From Candidatus Minusculum obligatum (lineage in GTDB: Bacteria > Patescibacteriota > Minisyncoccia > Phycocordibacterales > Phycocordibacteraceae): a DNA stretch of 64,000 bases. The notes beneath the pieces are model-generated. The model worked only from the letters and a program-made list of their open reading frames with translations. It did no database searches and was not told the DNA's origin. This document shows, in pieces, positions 18,601 to 27,899 of the stretch (positions are counted from its first letter, which is position 1; each line of letters opens with the position of its first letter). A program made the position numbers and the translations under genes. The DNA lies in NCBI GenBank assembly GCA_045401155.1, contig CP174360.1, positions 233,403 to 297,402 of the forward strand, in the 5' to 3' direction.

Positions 18601-21600
18601 CTGGAATTACAGTAAATGCAGATGGGTATGTAGGTATTAATAATACGAGTCCATTATCCCCACTTGATGTGACTGTTTCTGCGGCAAAGCCAGCTGTATT
18701 CAGAGGAACAACTGAGCCACGTGTTCGATTTGTTGCAAATGGAAGCAATGTCGGACTTCTAAATGGATATGTTGGAGATTCTTTCCGTGTGTACTCTTCA
18801 AGTGGGCTGCCGCTTCACATAGGAGCAAATGAGAGCACGCAGCTCCGCTTTACCACAACAGAGATTAATGTAAGTGATGATCTTATTCCTACTGCAAATG
18901 CAACATATGATCTTGGTTCTCCATCATTTTATTGGGACGATGCATACCTAGATTCTTTGACGGTAAATAACCTTTCAGCTGCATCTACATCTATTGCAGG
19001 TACAAATAATGCTTCATTCTCAATTAACTCAGACAACGCAACATCAGATGGTGAAGATGCATCACTTGTGTTTTATCGAGGCGTGGTGGTGCCAAATGCA
19101 GTGATTACGTGGGATGCAAGCGAAGATCATTTTGATTTCAACCAGAATATATTTATTCAAAATGATAATGGAGGAATTGCAACATCAACACTTGCGATTC
19201 GTGCGGCAAGTGGGCAGACAGGAAATCTATTTACAGTGCAGGATGTAAATGGTCTTGAGCTTGCAAACTTTGGGGTAAATGGATACTTGGGACTTGGGAG
19301 CTCAAGTCCATCAGTGCGCCTTACAGTTGGTACAGGCACCCCAAGTTCAATCGCTTCAGGTAATTACTATAATAGTGCGTATGTAAGTGGGGATCTTGAA
19401 GTGGATGGAACTATTTACGGAACGGTAAGTGGGGCAGTGACACCTGCTGGATTTACAGAAGGTTCGGTGGTGTTTGCGGGATCTGGAGGGACACTAACGC
19501 AAGATAATAGTAATTTTTACTGGGATGACTCAAATAATAGACTTGGAATCGGAACCTCAAGTCCGCGTAGAGCACTTCATATTGCAGAGAACAATCCATC
19601 ATTCCTCCTTGAAGATGTTTCTGGAGCTTCTGCAGGACAAAAGGTTTTGCGATTTAACTATACAGGGGGAACGGTAGATTCAGAGAGTAATTTTGCAGTA
19701 CAGTCTGCAACTGATATTGGGGGATTTTCTGAAAATCTTTTCCAGATTTTCAGAAACGGACAGGTAAGTATTAATGGAGACGCAACCCCAGAGTTTACGC
19801 TTGAGGTTTCAGGCAATGAAGGAAGTGCTGGATATTTTGGACTGTCTTCAAATACCTCAAGCGCTGGAAACATATTTATTGTTGATGGTTCAGGAAATGT
19901 TGGAATTGGTACAACTACCCCGGGGGCACGACTTCATTCTCTAAGTACAGGTACACAGCTTAGACTTGGATACGATTTTGATACGTATGCTGATTTTCAG
20001 GTTGGGTCAGGTGGCGTAACCACATTTAGTGGCGCTGGTCTTGAGTTGGATAATACAGCTGGTAATAGAATTAAACTTTCGCAAGATGGTGCAAGCGGAT
20101 GGTCAAATGAGCTTGCACTTACAGATGGATCTCAGGAATGGTGGATTCGTACAATCGCAGGACGCTTTAGTGTTCGTGATCAAACAGGCGGATCAAATGG
20201 AGTGTTTGATATTGAGGCAGGAGCTCCTGCTGAATCACAAAGTATCCAGTCAGACGGAGATGTCATCTTTGGTGTAGGAAATGTAGGAATTGGAACCACT
20301 TCTCCATATGCAAAGCTTTCAGTAGTCGGGCAAGCAGTTGCTGAGTACTTCACTGCAACAAGCACGTCGCTTGTTTCTACGTTCCCTCAGGCAAGCTTTA
20401 CATCAGCAACATCAACAAACTTCTATACCAGCACCTTTGGTATTAATAGTGAATACATTTCAGATCTTACAGGAAATGGTCTTTCAATCTCAGGCGGGCA
20501 GCTAAACGTTGCAACGAGCTCGCTTTCTGCAACCTCTGGATTCTTTTTGCAAAATGGAAATAGTTTTGGAGAAACTGCAGTTCTTGGAACAAATGATAGT
20601 AATAGTCTGGCATTTGAGACAGGAGGGTCTACAAGAGTAACTATTGATACAAGTGGAAACGTGGGAATCGGTGATACAAGCCCTGATGCTCAACTTGATA
20701 TTGTGGATACATCAACAACAGGAGCAGGTCTTATTGTTCAGAAAGATCTTGCAGCATCACGCTACACTACGAATGTTGAATCACAGTTCTCAATTCGAGG
20801 AAATACAGATGATACGGAGCGGTTGTTAATTGGGTACGCCACTGATGAAAATTATGGATATATAGAAGCTGTAGATTTCGGGAGCACCTTTAACAGGGAT
20901 TTGGTGCTTAATAGTCAGGGTGGAAACGTAGGAATTGGAACTACAACTCCTAATGTTCCACTTGAGGTACTTCGTTCAGGTGCTGCTGGGTATACATGGA
21001 CTCCAAATGCTCGTACCGCAGCACTATTCCAAAATAGTAGCGCTTCAGGTTCTGCTATTGGAATTATTGGAAAATCAACAGGATCAAGTTTTATCTGGTT
21101 TGGAGACGAGGCTTCAGAGACAATTGGACAGATTGGATTTAATCACACAAGTAATACCTTCTCTATTGAAACAGCGGGAGGGGCTGGAGACTTGTTCATC
21201 AACTCTAGTGGAAACGTAGGTATTGGAACCACAACAATAAACGCAAGCTTGACTGCGAGTGTTGCCTCAACAGGAGATGTGCTTTCTCTTGTGCGAAATG
21301 ACAACGGAAATAGGTGGGCGCTAGATCTTGGAGGAAATAATCTTAATTTCAAGTTTAATGGTGGAAATGATATTGTCACTATTAATAATGGTGCCCCAGC
21401 TGCTTCTCTTTATGTAGGGACTACAGGTGTGGGAATCGGTACAACAAGTCCATTAAGTAAGCTACATGTTGCTGGGCAAGTTACTATTGATGGCACAAAC
21501 TATTCTCGAGTAGAGTACGCGCGCAATGGTACAGATGTATGGACTGCTGGACTGCACGAAAGTGATGATTTTGAATTTTTCCGAACAAGTGGTTCGGGGA

Positions 21601-24600
21601 ATATTATTCTCCGAGCGGGCAACTTGAGTGTTGGTACAACAAGCCCAGCTGGGAAGTTGCATGTAGAGGGGTCCGGAACACAAAATGTTTTGGTTAAAGG
21701 TATTGGCAGTTCAGATCAGACAATACAATTTGGTCGTTCAGATCTTGCAACAAACTGGGTTGTTGGGCGTGATAATACAAGTAGCCGTTTTGGTATTGAG
21801 TACTTTTCTGAAGTTGGAGCAAGTCAGCTTACCGATAATTCCGTGTTCACCATTCTTCAGGGTGGAAACGTAGGTATTGGAACCACAACACCAGCACACC
21901 TCCTTGATGTAGATGGAGACTTCCGAGTAGGAGAGGCAGGAAGTTCAGACGCCTTCTTTGTAGATGCAACAAATGCATACATTGGAGTTGGTACTACAGC
22001 GCCAACTTCAAATCTTCATGTTGCTGGAACTGGAAACACTTTCCTTACAGTTGAGGCTGTAAATGGAAATGCTGTGCAGTGGATTTTGAAGACTGATAGC
22101 GGTAACCGTCGTTTTGTGGCTACTGATAATTCAAATGTACAACAATCTCAAATTCACTTTGCAGGGCAGAGAGAAATTGATTTCATTGGGGATTCTGTAA
22201 ATGATCCACTTGGAACATTTGAGGGCGGGAAGTTTGCGGTAGGAAAGACAAGTACACCAAACTTTGGTCTCGAGATTGCAACAAGTACTACAAACGGTTG
22301 GTTTGGTATTACAGATTCAACAGCTGGAGACATCTTCATTGTTGATGGTTCAGGAAACGTAGGAATTGGTACCACTACGCCAGTTGCAAAGCTTACCGTG
22401 CTGGACACATCGGCAGGTGCAGAAACGTTTGCGTTGTTTGGCCAGAACTCATCAGGTAGTGCGGGTACTGGTACTGGAATCAGGCTCGCACCGAGTGCTT
22501 TCTCATCAGGAGCAACGGTTCGAGCATTTGATATTGTTGCGGTAAATGATGGCGCAAATACCATTGATCTTGATTTCAGAGGTTCAAGTGGAGGAAGTCC
22601 AGCATCGCGTGTGCGAATTACTGGTGCTGGAAACGTAGGTATTGGTACTACTACGCCAGACGCAAACCTTTCTATTGTTAGTTCATCAGGAAACGATGCA
22701 ATTGTAAAGATAGAAGGAATACATAATGCTGTACCAGCTATTAAAATTACAGATGTAAGTGATAGTTCAGGAGGAATTGCACAAGTGATTCTTACTGGAA
22801 GACGTTTAGATGCAAATGTATCAGGTTCATTTGCAGGTAACTTTGCAGTAGGAAAACATTACAGTGGTGGTGCTGTTACAAGTGGGCAAAGGTTGGGAAG
22901 GTTTTTGTTTGGAGGAAATCATACGGATGGAACAATTGATAATCTTCTATACTCAGCAGGGATTACTGCAGTTGCAGAAGGTACGTTTACTAATGCCACA
23001 ACCATGCCAACAGGACTTGCGTTTTATACTGGCTCTGCAGGAGTGGCGCCAGGTACACCAAATGTAGAGCCTGGTACAGAACGTCTGCGTATTGATAATA
23101 GTGGAAACGTAGGTATTGGCACTCAAGCTCCAGGACGTAAGTTTGAGGTGGTTGATGCAACACAGCCGGCAATAAATGAAGTTGGATCATTTGGGGTTGG
23201 CGCAAGTGCTACAGAACAGGTTCGTATCGGGTACGATACCGCAGGTAGTGATTATGGGTGGATTCAATCTGCTGTATTTGGCACAAGCGCGACTAGTCTC
23301 TCACTTAATCCAAGGGGTGGAAACGTAGGAATTGGTACTACAACGCCATCTACAAAACTTGTTATTGCTGGGGCAAATTACAATGGAGAGCCAACCCACA
23401 AAGCAAAAGTGTTAATTCAAAATGATAATGCTAGCCAAACATTAAATAACACGGGAGGTATCGAATTTAGGTTAAGTGGATTTGGTTCAGGGTATGGATG
23501 GCGTATTGGAGGGTGGGACCTTGCTGCGTCTGGTGGAGGTGCGCCGTATGTGTGGGAGTTCCGAGGAAACTCTGCAACATGGTCAGAGCAGATGCGCCTT
23601 ACTGCAGATGGAAAGCTTGGTATTGGAACCACGAGTCCAACAGAGAAGCTTGAGGTGTATGGAGGAAAGATTTCAGTAGATTCTGGCGGGGCAACAGACA
23701 CAGAGTATCTAGAGTTTAGTTCTAGTGGAACAACGATTGGAGGAATTGGAAGAGACACAAATGATCTTGTGCTTTCAAGTCCATTTGGTATTCGACTTAC
23801 TGAAGGAAGCACGGATGTGCTGACTGTTGCGGGTGAAAATGTGATTATTGGTGGATCAAGCTTTGCCGGGCAAAGGGTGCAGATTACTGCAGATGCTGCG
23901 GTGCCGCTTGCGCTAAATCGTACAACAGATGATGGTGTGCTTGTCGATTTCTATCAGGCAACAACTGCTGAAGGATCAATTTCTGTTTCTGGAAACACAG
24001 TATCGTACAATGCCTTTACGGGGTCTCACTACGCAACTACAAATGAAAATATTCAAAAGGGACGCCTAGTTACCTTTACAGGAAATAATGCTCGCCTGAA
24101 TGGAAATCCAAGTTCTGAAATTTTGTATGGTATTACAGAGTCTTCAGTAGAAAACTCATCAAAGGTGTTGGGGTCAATGCTTGCGCTGGAAAGTCCAAGT
24201 AAGGTTCATTCAAATACAAATCCGTACCTTGTAATGGCGGTTGGTAACGGTGAAGTGTGGGTGGTAGATGAGGGAGAGAACCTTGAGCCAGGAGATTATC
24301 TTATTTCTTCAGATACGCTTGGGCATGCAGAGAAAGATACAGGAGCATATCCAATTTCACATATTGTTGCGCGTGTAGCAGAGCCAGTAGATTGGAGTAC
24401 GATTTCTGCAACCGTGGATGGAAAGAAACATGCGCTTGTAAGTGTTACGTTTGAGCAGTTTGATAAGCCAAACGGTATTAGTGTTGATGCGCTTGGAAAC
24501 GTAGGAATTGGAACAAGTGCGCCAGAGTACAAACTGCACGTTCTTGGGGATGCTGCTGCTACAAGCTTTGTAAACATTTCAACTCGTGAACAAAAGAAAG

Positions 24601-25949
24601 GTATTGCATATCTAGATGAAGCTCGAAAGGAAGACATTCTTGAGAAGCTAAAGGAGGTACAAATTGCAGAGTATCGATACAATTATGAGGATGATAATAA
24701 CCCGCTGCGCCTAGGGCTAATTGCAGAGGAGGCGCCCACAGAAGTACTGTCAGTATCAGGTAAGGGAGTTGATATCTATAAACTTGCAACCTTTACACTT
24801 GCGTCAGTACAGGAGCTTGCAACTCGTGTTGAGTCTCTTGAGGAGCGTGTCGCGGCCCTTGAGGCGCAAGGTGTAATGTCAGGATCTGGAGGAGTATTCA
24901 GTACCTCAACACTGCAGTCTGCACTTTCAGAGCTTGGTGTATTGATTGAGAGGGGGTTTGCACAGTTTGATAAGCTTGCATTCCGTCAGTTGATTGCACA
25001 GAAGGATAATGATGGACAGGGTGCTGCAGGTACAGGAACCGTACGTCTTGGAGACAAACTTGTGCTTGTTGAAAATAAGCAAATCAAAGCAAGTTCTAAG
25101 GTGTTTGTAACCTTCACGTCTCCAGTGGTTGGAAGCTGGTTTATCACAGACAAGGCAAATGGAAGCTTCCGTGTGACCCTAGATCAGGTGCAGACAAGTG
25201 ATGTAACCTTTGATTACTTCATTGTGCAGACTGAGCGAGAGGCTGTACCTACATCAGATACAGGAGTGGTAGATACTGAGGCACCTATTATTGAAATTAT
25301 TGGAGCAAATCCATACTACATAATTACAGGTAATACATTTACTGATCCAGGAGTAAATATCACAGACAATGTAGATCAAAATCTAGAGCACGAGCTATTT
25401 GTAGATGGGTATCCAGCAGCAGAGCGGCCACTTGATACGTCTGTAGCAGGAGAGCACGTGCTGACATACAAGGTGCTTGATACAGCAGGCAACCTTACAA
25501 CTGCGACACGAGCTGTGGTGGTTGGGTCGGGAGCAGGTCTTGGATCAACCGACACAGGAACTACAACACCAGCAACTACAGGAGACACAGGAACCTCTAC
25601 ACCTCCAGTTGTAGAGGAAGAAGGGGTTGTGGTTGAGGAGGAAGCAGAAGAAGTTCCAGTAGATGAGGTGGCGCCTGTAATTACGCTTACAGGAAAGGCG
25701 GCGCTTAAGGTTGCAGTTGGAGATACGTTTGTTGATGCGGGCGCAACCGCAACAGATGATGTAGATGGAGATCTTACCGCAGGTATTGTGGTAAGCGGAT
25801 CAGTTGATACAGCTACCGCAGGGCTATATACGCTCACATACACTGTTGCTGATGCGGCAGGAAATGAGTCTTCTGTATCACGTATTGTGACCGTTGAAGC
25901 TCCTGTGGAAGAAGAAGAGGAGGAAGTTACTGAAGAGGTGGTAGAGTAA
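15657..25949 (+). CDS. Giant (3430 aa) membrane-anchored surface protein: N-terminal HTH domain, TM helix, tail-fibre-like GNVGIGTTxP repeat array, internal intramolecular-chaperone (peptidase S74-like) domain, C-terminal Ig-like (DUF5011-like) domains
   Basis: An uninterrupted 10.3-kb ORF. It has an N-terminal excisionase-type HTH (aa ~10-55) and one TM helix (aa ~101-119, 'LVSFAVAVLVVFGSFSLV'). At least 12 copies of '(D)GSGNVGIGTT(T/S)P...KL.V' are Thr/Ser/Gly/Asn-rich beta-type repeats. Near aa 2975 sits 'STREQKKGIAYLDEARKEDILEKLKEVQIAEYRYNY...LGLIAEEAPTEVLSV...GVDIYKLATFTLASVQELATRVESLEERVAALEA', which matches the tail-fibre/endosialidase C-terminal intramolecular chaperone domain. Two Ig-like modules close the protein. 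Confidence 0.85.
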   Translation: MSADSEKFIPTKEAASLVGRTSDYVGRLAREGKIPASRIGRSWVVSKRALLEYFDVQESVKEIKKEKLSQTRKEEYKEVQRPKANVGKSLTIFVQKLPVENLVSFAVAVLVVFGSFSLVHASGLAKLPKVALDVIHEKVVSLNRGIASATNGPRPTYVGNYVVEKENFEVEGFEMNNIFASALEGFESVGEGFEYQGFSKKNDYVVEGDDGLSLVAVWNNYVALGEGIVETSHVLSQAYVDLVHALGKGTLQNALAARDLSRALHRNTFVAYESGVNTYVSSLQVAPDAYTGAVYAFVDESYKITNAFAKAPLQVGNAILSSSQSIPEGNQKIGSGLRIIMPALGEAIISSHERLVYGFVESSYAVVDAYKDSIMRAGDHVGGAYAFARFDLPPKVGKGLANAFMATTDVVDESVERAGEYLAQAYIVPAVTVTLSGIEGVQHDVEGFSKNLASGTIAKKSLFEDVAESAQANVVDGVQNFFARIFGRGEDPVLLVNPGPAQTNVVIKEDEPAVITPGNVVQNFFATTDVSKSYVDAGITSLHAALSAEIQKLTSLNRNQIIQNIQTTHVLNRIEDLTDTILRTPEIIGGTLDDVDIRGNSNFSGNTVSGNEFIGGTASFGTTTVSEINVTNNITAGGVLSVAGLTSNGVLTGPYFTATSTTATSTFAGSIAVDTDGFVYATSTRNVGIGVLSPSALLSLQNSTSTQPIATFANDSGSELFRFTNTGYLGIGTTSPYEALSVDGNGVFTGTLTAGATTLSGALVGTTAEFTSGTTTNATSTNFFATNGRFTNLIGTNATITAATTTNFYASIFDAATAALTNLVATNATSTNFAVSSLAQGSVPFIGTGGRLIDDNANFYWDDTNNRLGIGTSSPYAKLSVVGQTVSEYFTATSTSLVSTFPLASFTSATSTQLAVNSLTSGRLPYVTTGGRLIDDADLTFDGTTLTGTDLIFTRATTTNATSTNLSVSGTFNAVTGGAQAAGITVNADGYVGINNTSPLSPLDVTVSAAKPAVFRGTTEPRVRFVANGSNVGLLNGYVGDSFRVYSSSGLPLHIGANESTQLRFTTTEINVSDDLIPTANATYDLGSPSFYWDDAYLDSLTVNNLSAASTSIAGTNNASFSINSDNATSDGEDASLVFYRGVVVPNAVITWDASEDHFDFNQNIFIQNDNGGIATSTLAIRAASGQTGNLFTVQDVNGLELANFGVNGYLGLGSSSPSVRLTVGTGTPSSIASGNYYNSAYVSGDLEVDGTIYGTVSGAVTPAGFTEGSVVFAGSGGTLTQDNSNFYWDDSNNRLGIGTSSPRRALHIAENNPSFLLEDVSGASAGQKVLRFNYTGGTVDSESNFAVQSATDIGGFSENLFQIFRNGQVSINGDATPEFTLEVSGNEGSAGYFGLSSNTSSAGNIFIVDGSGNVGIGTTTPGARLHSLSTGTQLRLGYDFDTYADFQVGSGGVTTFSGAGLELDNTAGNRIKLSQDGASGWSNELALTDGSQEWWIRTIAGRFSVRDQTGGSNGVFDIEAGAPAESQSIQSDGDVIFGVGNVGIGTTSPYAKLSVVGQAVAEYFTATSTSLVSTFPQASFTSATSTNFYTSTFGINSEYISDLTGNGLSISGGQLNVATSSLSATSGFFLQNGNSFGETAVLGTNDSNSLAFETGGSTRVTIDTSGNVGIGDTSPDAQLDIVDTSTTGAGLIVQKDLAASRYTTNVESQFSIRGNTDDTERLLIGYATDENYGYIEAVDFGSTFNRDLVLNSQGGNVGIGTTTPNVPLEVLRSGAAGYTWTPNARTAALFQNSSASGSAIGIIGKSTGSSFIWFGDEASETIGQIGFNHTSNTFSIETAGGAGDLFINSSGNVGIGTTTINASLTASVASTGDVLSLVRNDNGNRWALDLGGNNLNFKFNGGNDIVTINNGAPAASLYVGTTGVGIGTTSPLSKLHVAGQVTIDGTNYSRVEYARNGTDVWTAGLHESDDFEFFRTSGSGNIILRAGNLSVGTTSPAGKLHVEGSGTQNVLVKGIGSSDQTIQFGRSDLATNWVVGRDNTSSRFGIEYFSEVGASQLTDNSVFTILQGGNVGIGTTTPAHLLDVDGDFRVGEAGSSDAFFVDATNAYIGVGTTAPTSNLHVAGTGNTFLTVEAVNGNAVQWILKTDSGNRRFVATDNSNVQQSQIHFAGQREIDFIGDSVNDPLGTFEGGKFAVGKTSTPNFGLEIATSTTNGWFGITDSTAGDIFIVDGSGNVGIGTTTPVAKLTVLDTSAGAETFALFGQNSSGSAGTGTGIRLAPSAFSSGATVRAFDIVAVNDGANTIDLDFRGSSGGSPASRVRITGAGNVGIGTTTPDANLSIVSSSGNDAIVKIEGIHNAVPAIKITDVSDSSGGIAQVILTGRRLDANVSGSFAGNFAVGKHYSGGAVTSGQRLGRFLFGGNHTDGTIDNLLYSAGITAVAEGTFTNATTMPTGLAFYTGSAGVAPGTPNVEPGTERLRIDNSGNVGIGTQAPGRKFEVVDATQPAINEVGSFGVGASATEQVRIGYDTAGSDYGWIQSAVFGTSATSLSLNPRGGNVGIGTTTPSTKLVIAGANYNGEPTHKAKVLIQNDNASQTLNNTGGIEFRLSGFGSGYGWRIGGWDLAASGGGAPYVWEFRGNSATWSEQMRLTADGKLGIGTTSPTEKLEVYGGKISVDSGGATDTEYLEFSSSGTTIGGIGRDTNDLVLSSPFGIRLTEGSTDVLTVAGENVIIGGSSFAGQRVQITADAAVPLALNRTTDDGVLVDFYQATTAEGSISVSGNTVSYNAFTGSHYATTNENIQKGRLVTFTGNNARLNGNPSSEILYGITESSVENSSKVLGSMLALESPSKVHSNTNPYLVMAVGNGEVWVVDEGENLEPGDYLISSDTLGHAEKDTGAYPISHIVARVAEPVDWSTISATVDGKKHALVSVTFEQFDKPNGISVDALGNVGIGTSAPEYKLHVLGDAAATSFVNISTREQKKGIAYLDEARKEDILEKLKEVQIAEYRYNYEDDNNPLRLGLIAEEAPTEVLSVSGKGVDIYKLATFTLASVQELATRVESLEERVAALEAQGVMSGSGGVFSTSTLQSALSELGVLIERGFAQFDKLAFRQLIAQKDNDGQGAAGTGTVRLGDKLVLVENKQIKASSKVFVTFTSPVVGSWFITDKANGSFRVTLDQVQTSDVTFDYFIVQTEREAVPTSDTGVVDTEAPIIEIIGANPYYIITGNTFTDPGVNITDNVDQNLEHELFVDGYPAAERPLDTSVAGEHVLTYKVLDTAGNLTTATRAVVVGSGAGLGSTDTGTTTPATTGDTGTSTPPVVEEEGVVVEEEAEEVPVDEVAPVITLTGKAALKVAVGDTFVDAGATATDDVDGDLTAGIVVSGSVDTATAGLYTLTYTVADAAGNESSVSRIVTVEAPVEEEEEEVTEEVVE
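24570..24870 (+). other. Intramolecular chaperone auto-processing (peptidase S74-like) domain inside the giant ORF
   Basis: The Ser of 'NISTREQKK' is encoded at 24579. The stretch shows the S(D/T)R..K ... AxEYxY ... GxIAQE..xV.PEVV ... GVDYxxL ... QEL ... LE.R. pattern of tail-spike/endosialidase chaperone domains. It is preceded by 'GNVGIGTSAPEYKLHVLGDAAATSF', as in many bacterial tail-fibre-domain proteins. Confidence 0.6.
25276..25905 (+). other. Two Ig-like DUF5011-type domains at the C-terminus of the giant ORF, separated by an acidic PT/E-rich linker
   Basis: 'APIIEIIGANPYYIITGNTFTDPGVNITDNVDQNL...EHVLTYKVLDTAGNLTTATRAVVV' and 'APVITLTGKAALKVAVGDTFVDAGATATDDVDGDLT...LYTLTYTVADAAGNESSVSRIVTVEA' have the G(D/N)xFxDPG(V/A)TATD..DG.LT...YT.TY.V.D.AGN pattern typical of DUF5011 Ig-like domains. 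Confidence 0.5.
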
Positions 25950-25956
25950 TAGACAT

Positions 25957-26976
25957 ATGGCAAAGATAGCAATAAATGGATTTGGAAGAATTGGACGAGC
26001 GTTTTTTAAATTGGCGCTTGAGAGAGATGAGTTAGAGATTGTTGCAATAAATGATCTGGGAGATCCAGAGAATCTTGCATACCTCCTTAAATATGACTCT
26101 GTGTATGGAGCAAGTGGTTTAGAAGTTGATGTAGAGGAAGGGAGGTTGATTGTAAATGGGAAGGAGGTACTCCTTCTTTCTGAGAGAGATCCAGCCAAGC
26201 TTCCGTGGAAGAAGCTTGGCATTGATGTTGCTCTTGAAGCAACAGGAATATTCGCAAGTTATAAAGATGCACAAATGCATCTAAAGGCCGGTGCAAAACG
26301 TGTTGTGGTATCTGCTCCAGTTAAAGACGTGCCGCCAAGTGGTGTAAATGGAGCAACAGTTTTGATGGGGGTAAATGATGAAAAGCTTAAGACATGTGAC
26401 ATTTCATCAAATGCATCATGTACAACAAATGCAGGAAGCCCGCTTGTTGCAATTCTTGATGAAGCTATTGGAATTGAGAAGGCAATTCTAAATACTGTGC
26501 ACGGATATACAAGTACGCAAAATCTTATTGATGGCCCAAACAAAAAGATGCGTCGTGGACGAGCGGCTGCATTAAATATTGTGCCAAGCTCTACAGGTGC
26601 TGCTGTTGCAACAACACAAGCTTACACATCTCTTGAAGGGAAGTTTGATGGTGTTGCAATGCGTGTCCCTGTGCCTGCAGGCTCAATTGTAGACATCACA
26701 TTTATTGCAAAGAAAGATGTGACGGTTGAAGAGGTAAATCAGGCGCTTATTGATGCGGCGCACGAAGATAGATGGAAGGGAATCTTCACAGTCACCACAG
26801 ATCCAATTGTTTCTACAGACATTTTGGGATCTCCGTTTGCATCTATTGCAGACCTTGATATGACACGCGTGGTCGATGGAAACCTTATTAAGGTATGTGC
26901 GTGGTACGACAATGAGATGGGGTACTCACACATGCTTGTAGATCATGTGGTTAAGACAGCTGGGTATGCAAAATAA
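25957..26976 (+). CDS. gap: Glyceraldehyde-3-phosphate dehydrogenase
   Basis: 'KIAINGFGRIGR' is the NAD-binding motif, 'SNASCTTN' is the catalytic Cys motif, and the protein is collinear over 339 aa. Confidence 0.95.
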   Translation: MAKIAINGFGRIGRAFFKLALERDELEIVAINDLGDPENLAYLLKYDSVYGASGLEVDVEEGRLIVNGKEVLLLSERDPAKLPWKKLGIDVALEATGIFASYKDAQMHLKAGAKRVVVSAPVKDVPPSGVNGATVLMGVNDEKLKTCDISSNASCTTNAGSPLVAILDEAIGIEKAILNTVHGYTSTQNLIDGPNKKMRRGRAAALNIVPSSTGAAVATTQAYTSLEGKFDGVAMRVPVPAGSIVDITFIAKKDVTVEEVNQALIDAAHEDRWKGIFTVTTDPIVSTDILGSPFASIADLDMTRVVDGNLIKVCAWYDNEMGYSHMLVDHVVKTAGYAK

Positions 26977-27412
26977 AACTGTACTATTTGCAACAGACCA
27001 CGCGGGATTTGAGTTGCGTGAGTTTGTGCTTGATCATCTTCGGTCTCTTGAATACACTGTTGAGGACATGGGGCCACAAAAACTAAAGGAGGGAGATGAT
27101 TATCCTGAATATATGAATCCTCTGGCACAAAAGATCTCAGAGAATCCCGATAAGTATGTCGGCATTGTTATGGGAGGATCGGGGCAAGGGGAAGCAATGG
27201 TGTGCAATCGATATAAGAATGTGCGTGCCGCAGTGTACTATGGAGCAGATGAGGAGATCGTAAAACTCTCTCGAGAGCACAATGATGCAAACGTGCTTTC
27301 TCTTGGGGCCCGATTTCTTTCAGCAGATCAGGCACGTAAAGCTTGTGAGCTCTGGCTCTCTACAGCGTTTAGTGGAGATGATCGTCACGTGCGTAGGTTA
27401 GAAAAGTTTTAG
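26966..27412 (+). CDS. rpiB: Ribose-5-phosphate isomerase B (RpiB/LacAB family)
   Basis: 'KTVLFATDHAGFELREF' and 'GIVMGGSGQGEAMVCNRYKNVRAA' are RpiB signatures. The start is taken at ATG 26966, which overlaps the gap stop by 11 nt. Confidence 0.9.
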   Translation: MQNKTVLFATDHAGFELREFVLDHLRSLEYTVEDMGPQKLKEGDDYPEYMNPLAQKISENPDKYVGIVMGGSGQGEAMVCNRYKNVRAAVYYGADEEIVKLSREHNDANVLSLGARFLSADQARKACELWLSTAFSGDDRHVRRLEKF

Positions 27413-27413
27413 C

Positions 27414-27878
27414 ATGAAAAAAGGATTTACACTCATTGAATTGCTTGTGGTGGTTGCCATCATTGGCATGCTTTCATCTGTAGTGCTTTCTTCTTTGAAC
27501 ACTGCTCGTGCAAGTGCTCGTGATGCACGTCGTGCACAAGATGGGAAGCAGGTGGCTGCTGCACTCGAACTTTACTATAGTGCAAATAATGGATTTCCTG
27601 CCAATGGGGGGACCGGTTGTTCTACAAACTATTGTTTATCTCATATAAGCGCAGCACTTACGCCTACGTATATTCCAAACTTACCTACGGATCCTATTTA
27701 TGGAGACTCAGGAACGTATCCATATCGGTATTGTGTGACAGGGAATGCATTTGAGCTCCTTGTGTACGATGAAGGCCTATCGTCTTGGTGTCATATTAGA
27801 CATGGATCAAATGACTCTGGAAGTGGGTGTTGGATGACAAATGGAGTTCCAAATAGTGGAACTGTTTGGTGTGACTAA
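27414..27878 (+). CDS. Type IV pilin-like protein (prepilin-type N-terminal cleavage/methylation domain)
   Basis: 'MKKG|FTLIELLVVVAIIGMLSSVVLSSLNTARA' is a class III signal peptide with a conserved Glu at +5. It is about 150 aa with C-terminal Cys residues. Confidence 0.85.
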   Translation: MKKGFTLIELLVVVAIIGMLSSVVLSSLNTARASARDARRAQDGKQVAAALELYYSANNGFPANGGTGCSTNYCLSHISAALTPTYIPNLPTDPIYGDSGTYPYRYCVTGNAFELLVYDEGLSSWCHIRHGSNDSGSGCWMTNGVPNSGTVWCD

Positions 27879-27899
27879 GGGCATGCTACAATTTTCTTA

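Noticed and set aside
15907-22564. Numerous 60-190-aa minus-strand ORFs inside the giant gene (e.g. 15907-16470, 17877-18176, 22154-22564), some Cys- or Val-rich.
   Set aside because: They are antisense to an uninterrupted 10.3-kb ORF with clear domain content. Their composition is explained by complementing Thr/Ala/Gly-rich sense codons. They have no start or RBS context.
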